Shown here in pieces: positions 9,514 through 19,402 of a stretch of DNA of 64,000 nt. Both the position numbers and the translations under genes were made by a program. The notes beneath the pieces were generated by a model. That model was not told the DNA's origin, searched no databases, and saw only the letters and a list, made by a program, of their open reading frames with translations. The stretch spans positions 304,564 through 368,563 of the forward strand of contig CAYSUJ010000001.1 in NCBI GenBank assembly GCA_964434285.1, read 5' to 3'. Each line of letters begins with the position of its first letter. Within the stretch, counting starts at the first letter, position 1. The DNA is from an uncultured Candidatus Saccharibacteria bacterium. GTDB lineage: Bacteria; Patescibacteriota; Minisyncoccia; Phycocordibacterales; UBA2100.

Positions 9514-12500
9514 TTATGCGTCGTTATTCTCGCTTTTAAATTCCAAGTCGATGCCAAGCCCTCGCAGGTGTCGAACCAAGACGTTGAAGGTGGCTGGTGT
9601 GTTTGATTCTTTAATGCGCTCACCGGAAACGATGGCGTCGAATGCAGCGGAGCGTCCGAGGATATCGTCAGACTTATAGGTGAGAATTTCGCGAAGTGAG
9701 TGAGCGGCACCGTAGCCGAGGAACGCCCACACTTCCATTTCTCCAACGCGCTGACCACCGTTCTGCGCCTTACCGCCGAGTGGCTGCTGTGTGGTGAGGC
9801 TGTAGGGACCAATAGAGCGCATGTGGATCTTGTCTTCCACCATGTGGTGCAGCTTGAGCATGTACATCACACCGACCGAAACTGGTTGCGCAAACGCTTC
9901 GCCAGTTCGTCCGTCGAAGAGCACGCGCTTGCCGTCATCGCGGAAGCCTGCCTCCTTGAGTTCTGCCTTAATTTCATCTTCGGTTGCGCCTGCGAACGAT
10001 GGCACCACTGCCTGATAACCAAGCTCGGTTGCCGCGAGTCCCAAGTGAAGCTCGAGAATCTGTCCCAGGTTCATACGACTCGGCACGCCAAGCGGCGTGA
10101 GAATGATGTCGACCGGATTCCCTTCTGCGTCGAATGGCATATCTTCTTCAGGAAGCACGCGTGAGATGACACCCTTGTTACCGTGTCGCCCAGCGAGCTT
10201 ATCGCCGACAGACACAGTGCGGAGCTGTGCTACTTCCACGTGCACACGCTTAATGACACCACTCTCGAGAGAATCGCCGTTTTCGCGTGAGAATACTTTG
10301 ACCGAAATGACGCGACCGCGCTTTCCGCCCTCCATGCGCATTGAGGTGTCCTTCACGTCCTTTGCCTTCTCTCCGAAGATCGCGTGGAGAAGTCGCTCTT
10401 CTGGCGTGAGCTGCGTTTCCCCCTTCGGCGTTACTTTGCCGACGAGAATATCACCTGTTCGCACCTCTGCACCAATGCGGATAATGCCTTCTTCGTCGAG
10501 GTTTCTAAGCTTGAATTCAGAGACGTTCGGAATGTCGTGCGTTGTCACCTCAGGCCCAAGCTTGGTGTCACGCACCACACAGACGAACTCTTCCATATGA
10601 ATGGAAGTAAAGCGCGCTTCTTTTGCGAGCTTTTCAGAGATGATGATTGCGTCTTCGAAGTTCGCACCGGACCATGGAAGAAATGCGACACGCACGTTTT
10701 GTCCGATCGCAAGGTGACCGCGGTCGGATGTTGCAGAGTCGGCAAGCACGCTTCCCTTCTTCACCTTATCGCCCACAGAAACGGAAGGGCGCTGATGGAA
10801 GCACGTAAAGCCGTTTGTTCGAGAGAAATTAATGAGGTTATATTCCTTTGATTTTCCGTCTGCGTTCTTGACCTTGATTGTCTTTGCATCGACGGCAATC
10901 ACTTCTCCCGCTTCTTCAACAAGGAGCATACGCCCCGAATCGCGCGCAGCACTCTCTTCAATACCCGTTGCCACAACCGGCGCATCAGGAATGACGAGCG
11001 GCACCGCTTGCTTCTGCATGTTTGAACCCATGAGTGCGCGGTTTGCGTCGTCGTTTTCGACGAACGGAATGAGAGATGTTGCGACTGAGAACGGCTGATT
11101 CGTTGCGATTTCCATCAAATCCACGTCAGCACGCGCGACGATTGTTGGCTCGCCTTCTTTGCGCACCTCGACGACACTCGGAATGATCTTACCGTCTTCA
11201 TCGACGGGTGTCGCCGCGTGGGCGATCGCATGCATCTCTTCCTCAAGAGCATTCATATACACCACCTCTTTTGTCACCTTTCCTTTCTCCACTTTTGCAT
11301 ACGGAGTTTCGATGATGCCGAATTCGTTTGGGCGAGCATAGAGTGCCATGTGAAGCACGAGGCCGATGTTCTTACCTTCCGGGGTATGGATCGGACACAC
11401 GCGACCGTAGTGTGATGCGTGCACGTCGCGCACTTCAAGACCTGCGCGCTCAGAAACGAGTCCGCCGCGGCCGAGTGTCGAGAGCGTGCGGAGGTGTTCG
11501 ATCTCATCAAGCGAGTTGTACTGCTGCATAAGCTGGGAGAGCTGATCGGTCGTGAAGAACTCGCGAATCGCAGCCTGGAAAGGGCGCGGATTCACAAAGT
11601 TCACCGGGAGCGATGTCTCTGCTTCAACCATGGCCATACGATCCTGGATGTTACGCTTCATGCGCGAGAGGCCGATGCGCATGCGCTGTTCGAGCAGTTC
11701 ACCCACAAAACGAACGCGACGGAAGCCGAGGTGATCAATGTCATCCGGTTCTGCCTTTGGATCGTTATTCGATTGTGCGATGAGGGTGATGATGCGCGCG
11801 ATATCGTCGACAGAAAGCGTCGAGCGTGCGAGATCTTTCTCCGATGTCGGAAGACCGAAGCGTCGATTGAAGTGGAAGCGACCGACTTTTGAGAGGTCGT
11901 AGCGCTCTTCTGAAAGAAGTGAGGCAACGTGGTCGACCGCCGTATCTGCCGTTGCAATATCACCATCACGAAGGCGTCGGTAAATCTCCACTGCCGCCTC
12001 TGCGCTTGTCTTTGCGGTATCAACGGCAAGCGTTGCACGTACCGCAGCAAGGGCGTTTTCATCGCGGAAGTGCGTGAGAATCTGCGCATCGGTCGATGCG
12101 CCCAAGACGCGAAGGAGCGAGGTCACCGGGAAACGGCGCTTGCGATCCACTTTCACGTAAATGGCGTTATCCGCATCAGACTCGATCTCGATCCACACGC
12201 CACGAGACGGGATAATCTTCGCGGCAAAATAATTCACACCCTTCACGAGAACCGTCTCGAAGAAAACACCGTAGGAACGCGCAAGTTGTGGCACGACGAT
12301 ACGCTCAACGCCGTTGATGATGAAGGTCCCGTGCTTGGTCATCCACGGAAAATCTGCAATGAAGATCTCCTGGCTCTTCTCTGAACCCGTCGTCTTATTT
12401 TTAAGCGTCGCAGTCAACGAAAGTGGCGCTTCGTAGGTGCGCATCATGCGCTTTGCATATTCCTCATCGAATCGCACGGGGCCAAACGTGAAATCAGACA

Positions 12501-12687
12501 GTTCAAGCGTGAACTTCTTGCCCGCATGATCGGAAATGGGAGAAAATTCTTTAAAAACTCGAGCAGCACTCTCTCGAGCAAACTGTTCGAACGAATCAAC
12601 CTGCGACTCAACGAGATTCGGAAGCTCGACCAAAGGCTCACGGAATTTGCCGAAGTATTTCTTCGACAGGCGTTTTTGTTTTGCCAT
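9514..12687 (-). CDS. rpoB: RNA polymerase beta subunit
   Basis: GTFIINGVERIV, DDIDHL, GDKLAGRHGNKG, GGQRVGEME. Confidence 0.99.
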   Translation of the reverse strand: MAKQKRLSKKYFGKFREPLVELPNLVESQVDSFEQFARESAARVFKEFSPISDHAGKKFTLELSDFTFGPVRFDEEYAKRMMRTYEAPLSLTATLKNKTTGSEKSQEIFIADFPWMTKHGTFIINGVERIVVPQLARSYGVFFETVLVKGVNYFAAKIIPSRGVWIEIESDADNAIYVKVDRKRRFPVTSLLRVLGASTDAQILTHFRDENALAAVRATLAVDTAKTSAEAAVEIYRRLRDGDIATADTAVDHVASLLSEERYDLSKVGRFHFNRRFGLPTSEKDLARSTLSVDDIARIITLIAQSNNDPKAEPDDIDHLGFRRVRFVGELLEQRMRIGLSRMKRNIQDRMAMVEAETSLPVNFVNPRPFQAAIREFFTTDQLSQLMQQYNSLDEIEHLRTLSTLGRGGLVSERAGLEVRDVHASHYGRVCPIHTPEGKNIGLVLHMALYARPNEFGIIETPYAKVEKGKVTKEVVYMNALEEEMHAIAHAATPVDEDGKIIPSVVEVRKEGEPTIVARADVDLMEIATNQPFSVATSLIPFVENDDANRALMGSNMQKQAVPLVIPDAPVVATGIEESAARDSGRMLLVEEAGEVIAVDAKTIKVKNADGKSKEYNLINFSRTNGFTCFHQRPSVSVGDKVKKGSVLADSATSDRGHLAIGQNVRVAFLPWSGANFEDAIIISEKLAKEARFTSIHMEEFVCVVRDTKLGPEVTTHDIPNVSEFKLRNLDEEGIIRIGAEVRTGDILVGKVTPKGETQLTPEERLLHAIFGEKAKDVKDTSMRMEGGKRGRVISVKVFSRENGDSLESGVIKRVHVEVAQLRTVSVGDKLAGRHGNKGVISRVLPEEDMPFDAEGNPVDIILTPLGVPSRMNLGQILELHLGLAATELGYQAVVPSFAGATEDEIKAELKEAGFRDDGKRVLFDGRTGEAFAQPVSVGVMYMLKLHHMVEDKIHMRSIGPYSLTTQQPLGGKAQNGGQRVGEMEVWAFLGYGAAHSLREILTYKSDDILGRSAAFDAIVSGERIKESNTPATFNVLVRHLRGLGIDLEFKSENNDA

Positions 12688-12808
12688 GACGCGAATAGAT
12701 TACGCACAGAAACAAGCGGCTCCTTGAGCGCTTGTTTGTCTTTTAAAAATCTAGCAGAGCGTACCCTGAGGTTTTCGTAACTCAATCGCGTATCAAAAGT
12801 ACCCCTGC

Positions 12809-12836
12809 ATTATAGAGCATCACGAAGGAGAGTCAA
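12809..12836 (-). promoter_or_regulatory. sigma-70 promoter for rpoBC
   Basis: TTGACT-16 nt-TATAAT on minus strand; leader contains a hairpin near 12707-12740. Confidence 0.6.
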
Positions 12837-12910
12837 GAGGGAAACAAGGGGAAGAAATAGAGGTGCAGGCGTGTCCGCCTGCACCAAGTGTTGTGGGGTG
12901 CTCAGATCTC

Positions 12911-13102
12911 TCAACGCTTGAGCGGATCGTAGCGGTCCGGATGCGTTCCGTCATACTCGCCATGTTCGATCATGGCACCCCTCGCCCGCCGTGCCACATC
13001 GGGCCGGAGTTGGAGAGGTTGTTTACGAACGGGTCCCCGAGGAACCTCGTCGCTATACTCGTCATACGAACGCAATTCCTTTGACCGCCTTACTGTAGGC
13101 AT
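12911..13102 (-). CDS. hypothetical protein (63 aa)
   Basis: GGAGGG SD upstream of ATG (MPTVRRSK...). Confidence 0.4.
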   Translation of the reverse strand: MPTVRRSKELRSYDEYSDEVPRGPVRKQPLQLRPDVARRARGAMIEHGEYDGTHPDRYDPLKR

Positions 13103-13185
13103 TGAATTCCCTCCGTTAAGAGTTGTGCACACAACGACCCCACGCCGCTGTGTAGGTAGAGGGTACTCTTGATCCTTGATACCTG

Positions 13186-13851
13186 TCAACTGTCGAGCTG
13201 CTTTTTCTTCCACTCCTCGATCTTCGCATGGTGCCCCGATTTCAAGACCTCCGGCACTGGATATTTCTTCTTTTTCCAGACGAGGACATCAGGGCGTGTA
13301 TAGACGGCAGGAGACGCCGTCCGATTCTCTTCAAGCGAGTCCTTATCACCAAGAACCCCCTTCACATGTCGCGCAACAGCATCCACCACAATTGCCGCAG
13401 GAAGCTCACCACCGGTGAGAACATACGGCCCCACAGACACACGCTTCGCCTTGAGTATCTTCTCCACCCGCGCGTCAACCCCTTCATAGTGCCCCGCGAT
13501 CATGAGAATATGCTTCTTTTTCGCGAGCACTTTTGCCATCTTCGCGTCGAACATTGCTCCTGCGGGAGAGAAAAAGAGTGTCGTGATATCTGTTGTTTTT
13601 AGTTTTTTGTTTTTAGTTTTCTTGAGGGCTGCTTCAGCGGCACTCAAGACGTATTCCGGCGCAAGCACCATGCCGGGCCCTCCGCCATACGGTCTGCGAT
13701 CTATGCGTTCTTTGTAGCTCTTCGCAAAATCCTTCGGATTATACAAATGCACCTTAATTTTCTTATCCTCCTGCGCGCGTTTCAACATCGAGCTCGTGAA
13801 ATAGCCCTCAATCGATTCGGGAAACAGGGTCACGATGTGAAAATGGATCAT
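13186..13851 (-). CDS. trmD: tRNA (guanine37-N1)-methyltransferase
   Basis: VTLFPE, RPYGGGPGMV, GHYEGVDARV, YVLTGGELPA, YTRP, SGHH. Confidence 0.96.
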   Translation of the reverse strand: MIHFHIVTLFPESIEGYFTSSMLKRAQEDKKIKVHLYNPKDFAKSYKERIDRRPYGGGPGMVLAPEYVLSAAEAALKKTKNKKLKTTDITTLFFSPAGAMFDAKMAKVLAKKKHILMIAGHYEGVDARVEKILKAKRVSVGPYVLTGGELPAAIVVDAVARHVKGVLGDKDSLEENRTASPAVYTRPDVLVWKKKKYPVPEVLKSGHHAKIEEWKKKQLDS

Positions 13852-13922
13852 TATTGACATAATAACAAATTCGTTATAGAAATCAAACAGACAAAAACTT
13901 CCTTCCCATCTGGAGGATTGCT

Positions 13923-14330
13923 ATGCTGAAAAAAGAAAAGCCAAACGAATTTGTCGCGAGACTCGCGCGCGCGAAGGGTCTGAAGATCAAAGATATCGCG
14001 GAGAGGTGCGGCATAGACCCCGTTGCTTTCCGAAAACGCATGAGTCGCAAAGTCTTCGCCGAAGAAGATTTCCCGAAGCTCGCTAAGGTGCTTGAGTGCA
14101 CCGAGGAAGAGCTTCGTGCACACTTCCGCTCATCGATCGTGCGCATGTATCACTTGCCGCACGGCGCAGAGTCGGTAGACATCATTGACATCGTTCGCGC
14201 CGTCGCATCAAGCGACGCGACGGCCTGCACCATTGAAGAGCTGGTCGACCTAATTCAGGTGAGATCAGCGATAGGGACGATGACGCCGGAGATTGTCCAC
14301 TCAGTCTTAAAAGCGTGGGGGGAGCAGTAG
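13923..14330 (+). CDS. XRE-type helix-turn-helix protein
   Basis: ARAKGLKIKDIAERCGI...LAKVLECTEEEL; GGAGG SD. Confidence 0.6.
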   Translation: MLKKEKPNEFVARLARAKGLKIKDIAERCGIDPVAFRKRMSRKVFAEEDFPKLAKVLECTEEELRAHFRSSIVRMYHLPHGAESVDIIDIVRAVASSDATACTIEELVDLIQVRSAIGTMTPEIVHSVLKAWGEQ

Positions 14331-14342
14331 AACTCGATCAAG

Positions 14343-14376
14343 AAATAGCTCGTCGCACGTTGCGGCGGGCTATTTT
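14343..14376. terminator. bidirectional terminator
   Basis: AAATAGCTCGTCGCA-cgt-TGCGGCGGGCTATTTT between convergent genes. Confidence 0.6.
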
Positions 14377-14701
14377 AGTTTCCACTCTTCAAATCCGCAA
14401 TCACGTCGTCAACAGTGCGATCTTTTGCGGCCTCAGCGTCAAAGTGCCGTTCTGAACCCTCGGGTTCCTCGATCTTCAAATTCACGCGCGCATCGTGCTT
14501 CATACCGACGACACGAAGGATGGTACGAATCGCTTTCGCCGTCGCACCCGAGCGACCGATTATCTTGCCCATGTCATCCTTATTGACCGTAAGCGTGAGA
14601 AGCACGCCCATCTCATCAACGACGCGAGTGATTTTCACATCCTGAGGGTTATCAACAAGCGAGGTGACTACGTACTCGAGAAACTTCTGATCGTTTTCCA
14701 T
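14375..14701 (-). CDS. khpA: KH-domain RNA-binding protein
   Basis: LVDNPQDV, DMGKIIGRSG (GxxG); directly downstream of rpsP. Confidence 0.9.
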   Translation of the reverse strand: MENDQKFLEYVVTSLVDNPQDVKITRVVDEMGVLLTLTVNKDDMGKIIGRSGATAKAIRTILRVVGMKHDARVNLKIEEPEGSERHFDAEAAKDRTVDDVIADLKSGN

Positions 14702-14761
14702 GGCGGGTTTCCTAGTCAGTAATACGGAAATGGTGCGCTTTTATTGGCACCGCGTCAAGCC

Positions 14762-15145
14762 TTAAGCCTGCACAGGAGCAGCTTCTTCTGCAGGTGCCTC
14801 CGCTGCTGGTTCTGCCGCTGCTGCAGGAGCCTCGGATACTGGAGCCTCTGCAGCCAGTTCCTCCTTTTTCGGTACCGTCTTCTTGGGAAGCACATTTACC
14901 TTCTTGCCTGAAAGAATGCCCGCAGAAACGAGCATATTGTGCATGGTGCTACTTGCCTGTGCCCCATTCTTGAGCCAGTGTTTGATACGCTCTCCGTCGA
15001 GAACGCGCTCCTTGGTCTTTGGATTGTAGGAGCCGAGGATCTCGGTCGCACGGCCTGACTTAGGGCCATTCGTATGCTCGGTGACCACCACGCGATAAGA
15101 CGGGTTATTGGTACGGCCGGTGCGCTGTAATCGAATCTTTAACAT
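14762..15145 (-). CDS. rpsP: 30S ribosomal protein S16
   Basis: MLKIRLQRTG, YRVVV, EILGSYNP, WLKNGAQ; TTGACC-17-TATACT 8 nt before ATG. Confidence 0.96.
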   Translation of the reverse strand: MLKIRLQRTGRTNNPSYRVVVTEHTNGPKSGRATEILGSYNPKTKERVLDGERIKHWLKNGAQASSTMHNMLVSAGILSGKKVNVLPKKTVPKKEELAAEAPVSEAPAAAAEPAAEAPAEEAAPVQA

Positions 15146-15186
15146 GAGCCGAGAGTATAACAGGGCTTCCTCCTTGGGTCAAACTC

Positions 15187-17394
15187 CTATTTCGCTACCC
15201 GTTCGGCCTCCTCAAGCTTCACGGAAAGTATCTTCGACACCCCGTCCTGGCTCATGGTGATCCCGTAAAGCTCTCCTGCCGCGCCCATCGTCGCGCGGTT
15301 GTGGGTGATAACGATGAGCTGGCTCTTTTTTCCCAACTCAATAATCATGTCGGCGTAGCGTCGAGAGTTCGCCTCATCAAGCGCTGCGTCCGTCTCGTCA
15401 AGAATAAGAAACGGCGGCGGATTCACCTGTGACATCGAAAAAATGAGTGCGATTGAAGTGAGCGCACGCTCGCCGCCCGAGAGCACCTCCAGCCCGCGGA
15501 TCTTCTTGCGCGGGAGAGCAACATCAATGGAAAGCCCCGAGTATGTCTCCTCTCCATCATCAGTGTTACCCCCATCATTATCTCCATATTCTGAGCCATC
15601 CTGTGGAACAAGGCGACGCCTTGCGTCTTTTTCATCCACAAAAAGCTTCGCGTGTCCCCCGCCAAACAGTTTTACAAAGAATCCCCCAAGGGCTTCATTA
15701 ATGAGTTTGAGGCCGTCTTTAAAACGAGCGTCGATGGTTTCCTCAAGTTCGCCAATCAGATTCTTCAGCGCTGCTGCCGAATGCTCGAGATCCTGCAACT
15801 CCTTAGCGAGAAACGCATCGCGCTCGGTCGTCTGCTGATATTCTTTTTCAATTGCTTCCCCACCACCAACACCAGCTTCTTCAATCTTGATCTTAAAACG
15901 CTCGATCTCACGACGTCGCTTCTCTTGCTCGCGCCGCTCTTCAAGTAGAGCGCCTTCTGGCACCTCGTGCGTATTCCACCCTTCAAACGACGAACCGAGA
16001 AGCGCTATACCCTCGCGCACCTCCTCTTCAAATCGCCGCTTCTGCTCTGCCACATGTTCGTGCTCACTCTTGAGCGCAAACATCTTTGACTGCACTTCAC
16101 GAAGCTGCGCCTCAAACTGCACCTCCTCTCGCTCGGCATGGAATGCGGCCTCGCGCTCCTTCGAAATATGGACACGTACTTCTTCCAAAGCCTTTGCAAT
16201 GCGAGATTCCTCCGCTTCTGCTTTCTCAAGCGCCGCTGTAAGGCGGATCACCTCTTTGCGCGCCTCTTCGTTCGTGATTGGCGCTGCTCCGGAGAGTCCT
16301 TCGATAAATGCACGAATGCGCTCGCGAAGCTGGGATAACAGTGTCTTTACTCTTGCAATATCTGCAATGCCCTCCGCCTCTTCGATCGCCCCGGTAATCT
16401 CACGCACGAAATCACGCACGTGCGGAACCGGCACTACGTGCTCAACGGTTATCGCCGCCGCCTCCACGGCACCTTCCGCTCGCCCGAGATCACGCACTAA
16501 CAGTTCGCGCTTTCTACGCGCCTCGCTGAGTTCTCCCTGCAGCGTTTGTACCTGAGTGAGCAGTGGCGATTCTTTCTGATTCACATGTTTGACCGATCGT
16601 GCCCCCTGTAATTTGCTCTGGAGCTCGCGAATCTCTTTTTCGCGCTCATGCACGTCGTCATTTACACGCGTTGCTTCCGCAGTAAGCCACGCATTCTCAC
16701 GAGCCAGGTAATCAGCGAGCTTATGCGCCAGTTCAGCTTTCATTTCTCGCGCCTTCTCGATTTTTTCGACCTGCGCCTCAAGAAACTTCAGGTGTGGCGC
16801 AAGCTCCCGGCGGAGCGACTTCGTCTTATCAATATTCACCGCCGTTTCCTCAAGTTTGCGCTCGCTTTCGGCTTTTTTGTGCTGGTAGAGCTTCAGCCCA
16901 AGCGCATCTTCCACCATCTCACGCCGCTCACGGGGCGATGCATTCAAAATACGATCAGCCTCACCTTGCGAAATGATTTGATAGCCCGAGCCGCCGATGT
17001 TCGCGCCCGCAAGCAGGCGAATCACGTCTTTCAATCGCACCTGCGAGCCATTTAAAAGATACTCATTTGCTCCATCGCGATGCACGATGCGCTCCACGAC
17101 AACCTCTGAAAAATCGATGTCTAGAAGTCGTTTCGAGTTATCAAAGACGACACGCACCGCCGCACGATTCATGCGTGGAAGCGCGGGTGAACCGCCCCAA
17201 ATCAGGTCCTCGCCGCGCTTGGAACGCATGCTTTTCATCGACTGCTCGCCCAAAACAAACCGGAACCCTTCGGCTACATTCGACTTCCCCGACCCATTCG
17301 GACCCACAATTCCCGCAATACGCGAACCAAAAACAAGCTCGGTCTTCTTCCCGAACGATTTGAACCCCGTGAGCTCGATAGACTTGAGGTACAC
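15187..17394 (-). CDS. smc: SMC-family ATPase (short form, ~735 aa)
   Basis: YLKSIELTGFKSF, GPNGSGKSN, ISQG, LSGGE, LDETDAALD, ITHN; GTG start with TACAAT 6 nt upstream. Confidence 0.88.
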   Translation of the reverse strand: MYLKSIELTGFKSFGKKTELVFGSRIAGIVGPNGSGKSNVAEGFRFVLGEQSMKSMRSKRGEDLIWGGSPALPRMNRAAVRVVFDNSKRLLDIDFSEVVVERIVHRDGANEYLLNGSQVRLKDVIRLLAGANIGGSGYQIISQGEADRILNASPRERREMVEDALGLKLYQHKKAESERKLEETAVNIDKTKSLRRELAPHLKFLEAQVEKIEKAREMKAELAHKLADYLARENAWLTAEATRVNDDVHEREKEIRELQSKLQGARSVKHVNQKESPLLTQVQTLQGELSEARRKRELLVRDLGRAEGAVEAAAITVEHVVPVPHVRDFVREITGAIEEAEGIADIARVKTLLSQLRERIRAFIEGLSGAAPITNEEARKEVIRLTAALEKAEAEESRIAKALEEVRVHISKEREAAFHAEREEVQFEAQLREVQSKMFALKSEHEHVAEQKRRFEEEVREGIALLGSSFEGWNTHEVPEGALLEERREQEKRRREIERFKIKIEEAGVGGGEAIEKEYQQTTERDAFLAKELQDLEHSAAALKNLIGELEETIDARFKDGLKLINEALGGFFVKLFGGGHAKLFVDEKDARRRLVPQDGSEYGDNDGGNTDDGEETYSGLSIDVALPRKKIRGLEVLSGGERALTSIALIFSMSQVNPPPFLILDETDAALDEANSRRYADMIIELGKKSQLIVITHNRATMGAAGELYGITMSQDGVSKILSVKLEEAERVAK

Positions 17395-17473
17395 GTAGGT
17401 ATTGTATCGCACTAATACACACAACGACCCAGCAGCCGCCCGTCCACATTCGACCATCATGTACAATTCCCGC

Positions 17474-19402
17474 ATGTCCATGGAAGGTGGCAAAAACGGG
17501 CCCAAGTCACCGCGCCCTACAATTCTCAAAAGCTTCGGAGAATTACCGACTGCTGAAAGGCCGCATAGAGGTCGCGCACACAAAAAAGAGCGACAGGCTG
17601 TAAGAAACGAAAAAGCATTTTCCCTCAAACGACTGACACAAGAAGCATCTGTGTTTAAGAATGAAATAGACAAGGAACTCAAGTCTATTTTGAGACGAGC
17701 AGGTATCGAGAACGGAGAAGTTGCTATTGAACTCCGTCGAGAAGAGATGCAATTTGAGATAGAAATCGATGTCGCAGATGTTTCTGTACCTGATGCATTC
17801 GACCTCGAGTACGCCGCCGACAAGATAAGGAATCATATTGAAAGCGACCCGCGAAATCCGCATAACATGACTGTCCTAGTGCGTATTTCGCGTGCAAGAG
17901 ACAAGAATCGAGAAGCTCTGGAACGGGGTCGCCCGGCTCCGCACCAGAATGTCGAAGCGCGCCGTGAGATGCTTCGGAAAGAGCTGGAGAGAATGCACGA
18001 TCTACTCGATAAACTCGCTGAACAGCTGGAACGCGACGGGTTTATGCCAAAAAAGGAAAAGCGAGAAATCTATTTCAGGACGTCTCGAACAAAAGAGGGA
18101 CAAGAAATCTACGAGGTCGCAATCGATAATGAGGACGCTCCGCAGTCCATCCAGAACACTGTGCAACGCCTCGCACTGATCGAAACACGTCTCCTCACGA
18201 GTACGCGTGTGCTCGTACAAACTGCCGACGGCAAAGTCGTTATTGAAAGTCGAGAGCTAGGTTCTCGAGTAGAAGGCACACCAGAAAAAGCAGGCGTTGC
18301 GAAAGAAAGTCTCGACAATTTGAAGGCGGAGATGTTCCCTAAGCTCCGATCTCGCTTAAAGGAGTTCGCACTCGCGGTCGGCACTTCCCCACTCAGTACT
18401 GTGGAGGAAAAAATGCTCGCCCGCATCGTATCCGTTCAGGTGATTGAAGCACTCGACGATATTCTTCGTCTCGAGAAAAGCTCTGGAAAAAAGGGAAAGG
18501 AACAGGCGCGCACTAACATGATCGGAGGAACAAACCTCTTCAATCGTCTTCAAAAACTCGCCCTCATCGATGAAACAGGATGCCAGGTCAACCCGGAAAA
18601 TATCGCGAAACATATCGCACACTATTTAGAATCCGGATCTGATGCGAAAGACAATTTCGTCATCGCCCTCCACAACATCTCCGCTCGTTTCCAAAAAGTG
18701 AACCGCGAACGCGCTTTTCCCCGCATCCGAGAGGAATTAGAGAAGAAAATGACTGAGCTCGGTCTCCGATTGGAGAATGCCGATATCCTAGAGGAAGAGC
18801 CGACGCCCGAAACCCCGTGGCGTCTCGCTCTGGGTATTCACCCCGACGCAGACGGCGAGGGTGTACCCACAATTCTCCGCCGACCACTGGGACCAAACCC
18901 CAACCCGGTTGTCACGGCAGAGTTCGCAGCGCTGCTGCGTGATATGGATAGCATAAAACAAATAGAAGCAACTGGTGGCGAAGCACCATCCCCTGCCTCA
19001 GAAACGATTGTTCCCACCCTAGAGGAGTTTGCATCTGATATCGAATCATTAAGTGCATCTGCGGAAACTTCTCGCGCAACAGAGAGTGAAGACGAGCGCA
19101 CCGGGGAATTAGAAAACTTGGTTGCGGCGTTACAAACGCAATTAACAAAGGCGAACGAATCATTCGCTGCGGCGCAAAGTGAGATTGAGACTTTGCGCAC
19201 GTTGTCAGAACAATCAGGCGATGCCCTTATCGATGCTCATGAAAAAATCACGTCGCTAACTGAAGATCTACAGCGCACGGAAGCTCAAAGAGTGCTTCTT
19301 GACGCGTTCGCGAATGAAATAAAAAGAATATCGGAAGACCCAAGGGCAATTCTTGAGATGACAAAAATTGTTGTTGAAGCTTTACGAGAAATTGAAAAAT
19401 GA
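17474..19402 (+). CDS. large hypothetical protein, acidic, with C-terminal coiled coil
   Basis: Long ORF; TACAAT 6 nt before ATG at 17474; stop overlaps the next start (ATGA). Confidence 0.75.
   Translation: MSMEGGKNGPKSPRPTILKSFGELPTAERPHRGRAHKKERQAVRNEKAFSLKRLTQEASVFKNEIDKELKSILRRAGIENGEVAIELRREEMQFEIEIDVADVSVPDAFDLEYAADKIRNHIESDPRNPHNMTVLVRISRARDKNREALERGRPAPHQNVEARREMLRKELERMHDLLDKLAEQLERDGFMPKKEKREIYFRTSRTKEGQEIYEVAIDNEDAPQSIQNTVQRLALIETRLLTSTRVLVQTADGKVVIESRELGSRVEGTPEKAGVAKESLDNLKAEMFPKLRSRLKEFALAVGTSPLSTVEEKMLARIVSVQVIEALDDILRLEKSSGKKGKEQARTNMIGGTNLFNRLQKLALIDETGCQVNPENIAKHIAHYLESGSDAKDNFVIALHNISARFQKVNRERAFPRIREELEKKMTELGLRLENADILEEEPTPETPWRLALGIHPDADGEGVPTILRRPLGPNPNPVVTAEFAALLRDMDSIKQIEATGGEAPSPASETIVPTLEEFASDIESLSASAETSRATESEDERTGELENLVAALQTQLTKANESFAAAQSEIETLRTLSEQSGDALIDAHEKITSLTEDLQRTEAQRVLLDAFANEIKRISEDPRAILEMTKIVVEALREIEK

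Noticed and set aside
3549-12785. Many long antisense or alternative-frame ORFs over dnaG, rpoC and rpoB (and likewise over dnaE, gyrB, pilM)
   Set aside because: Shadow ORFs expected from GC-rich codon usage; no motifs or initiation signals.
17395-17823. N-terminal extension of SMC in the 878-aa ORF call
   Set aside because: It overlaps the divergent gene; the conserved SMC start (YLKSIEL) follows a GTG with a -10 box 6 nt upstream.
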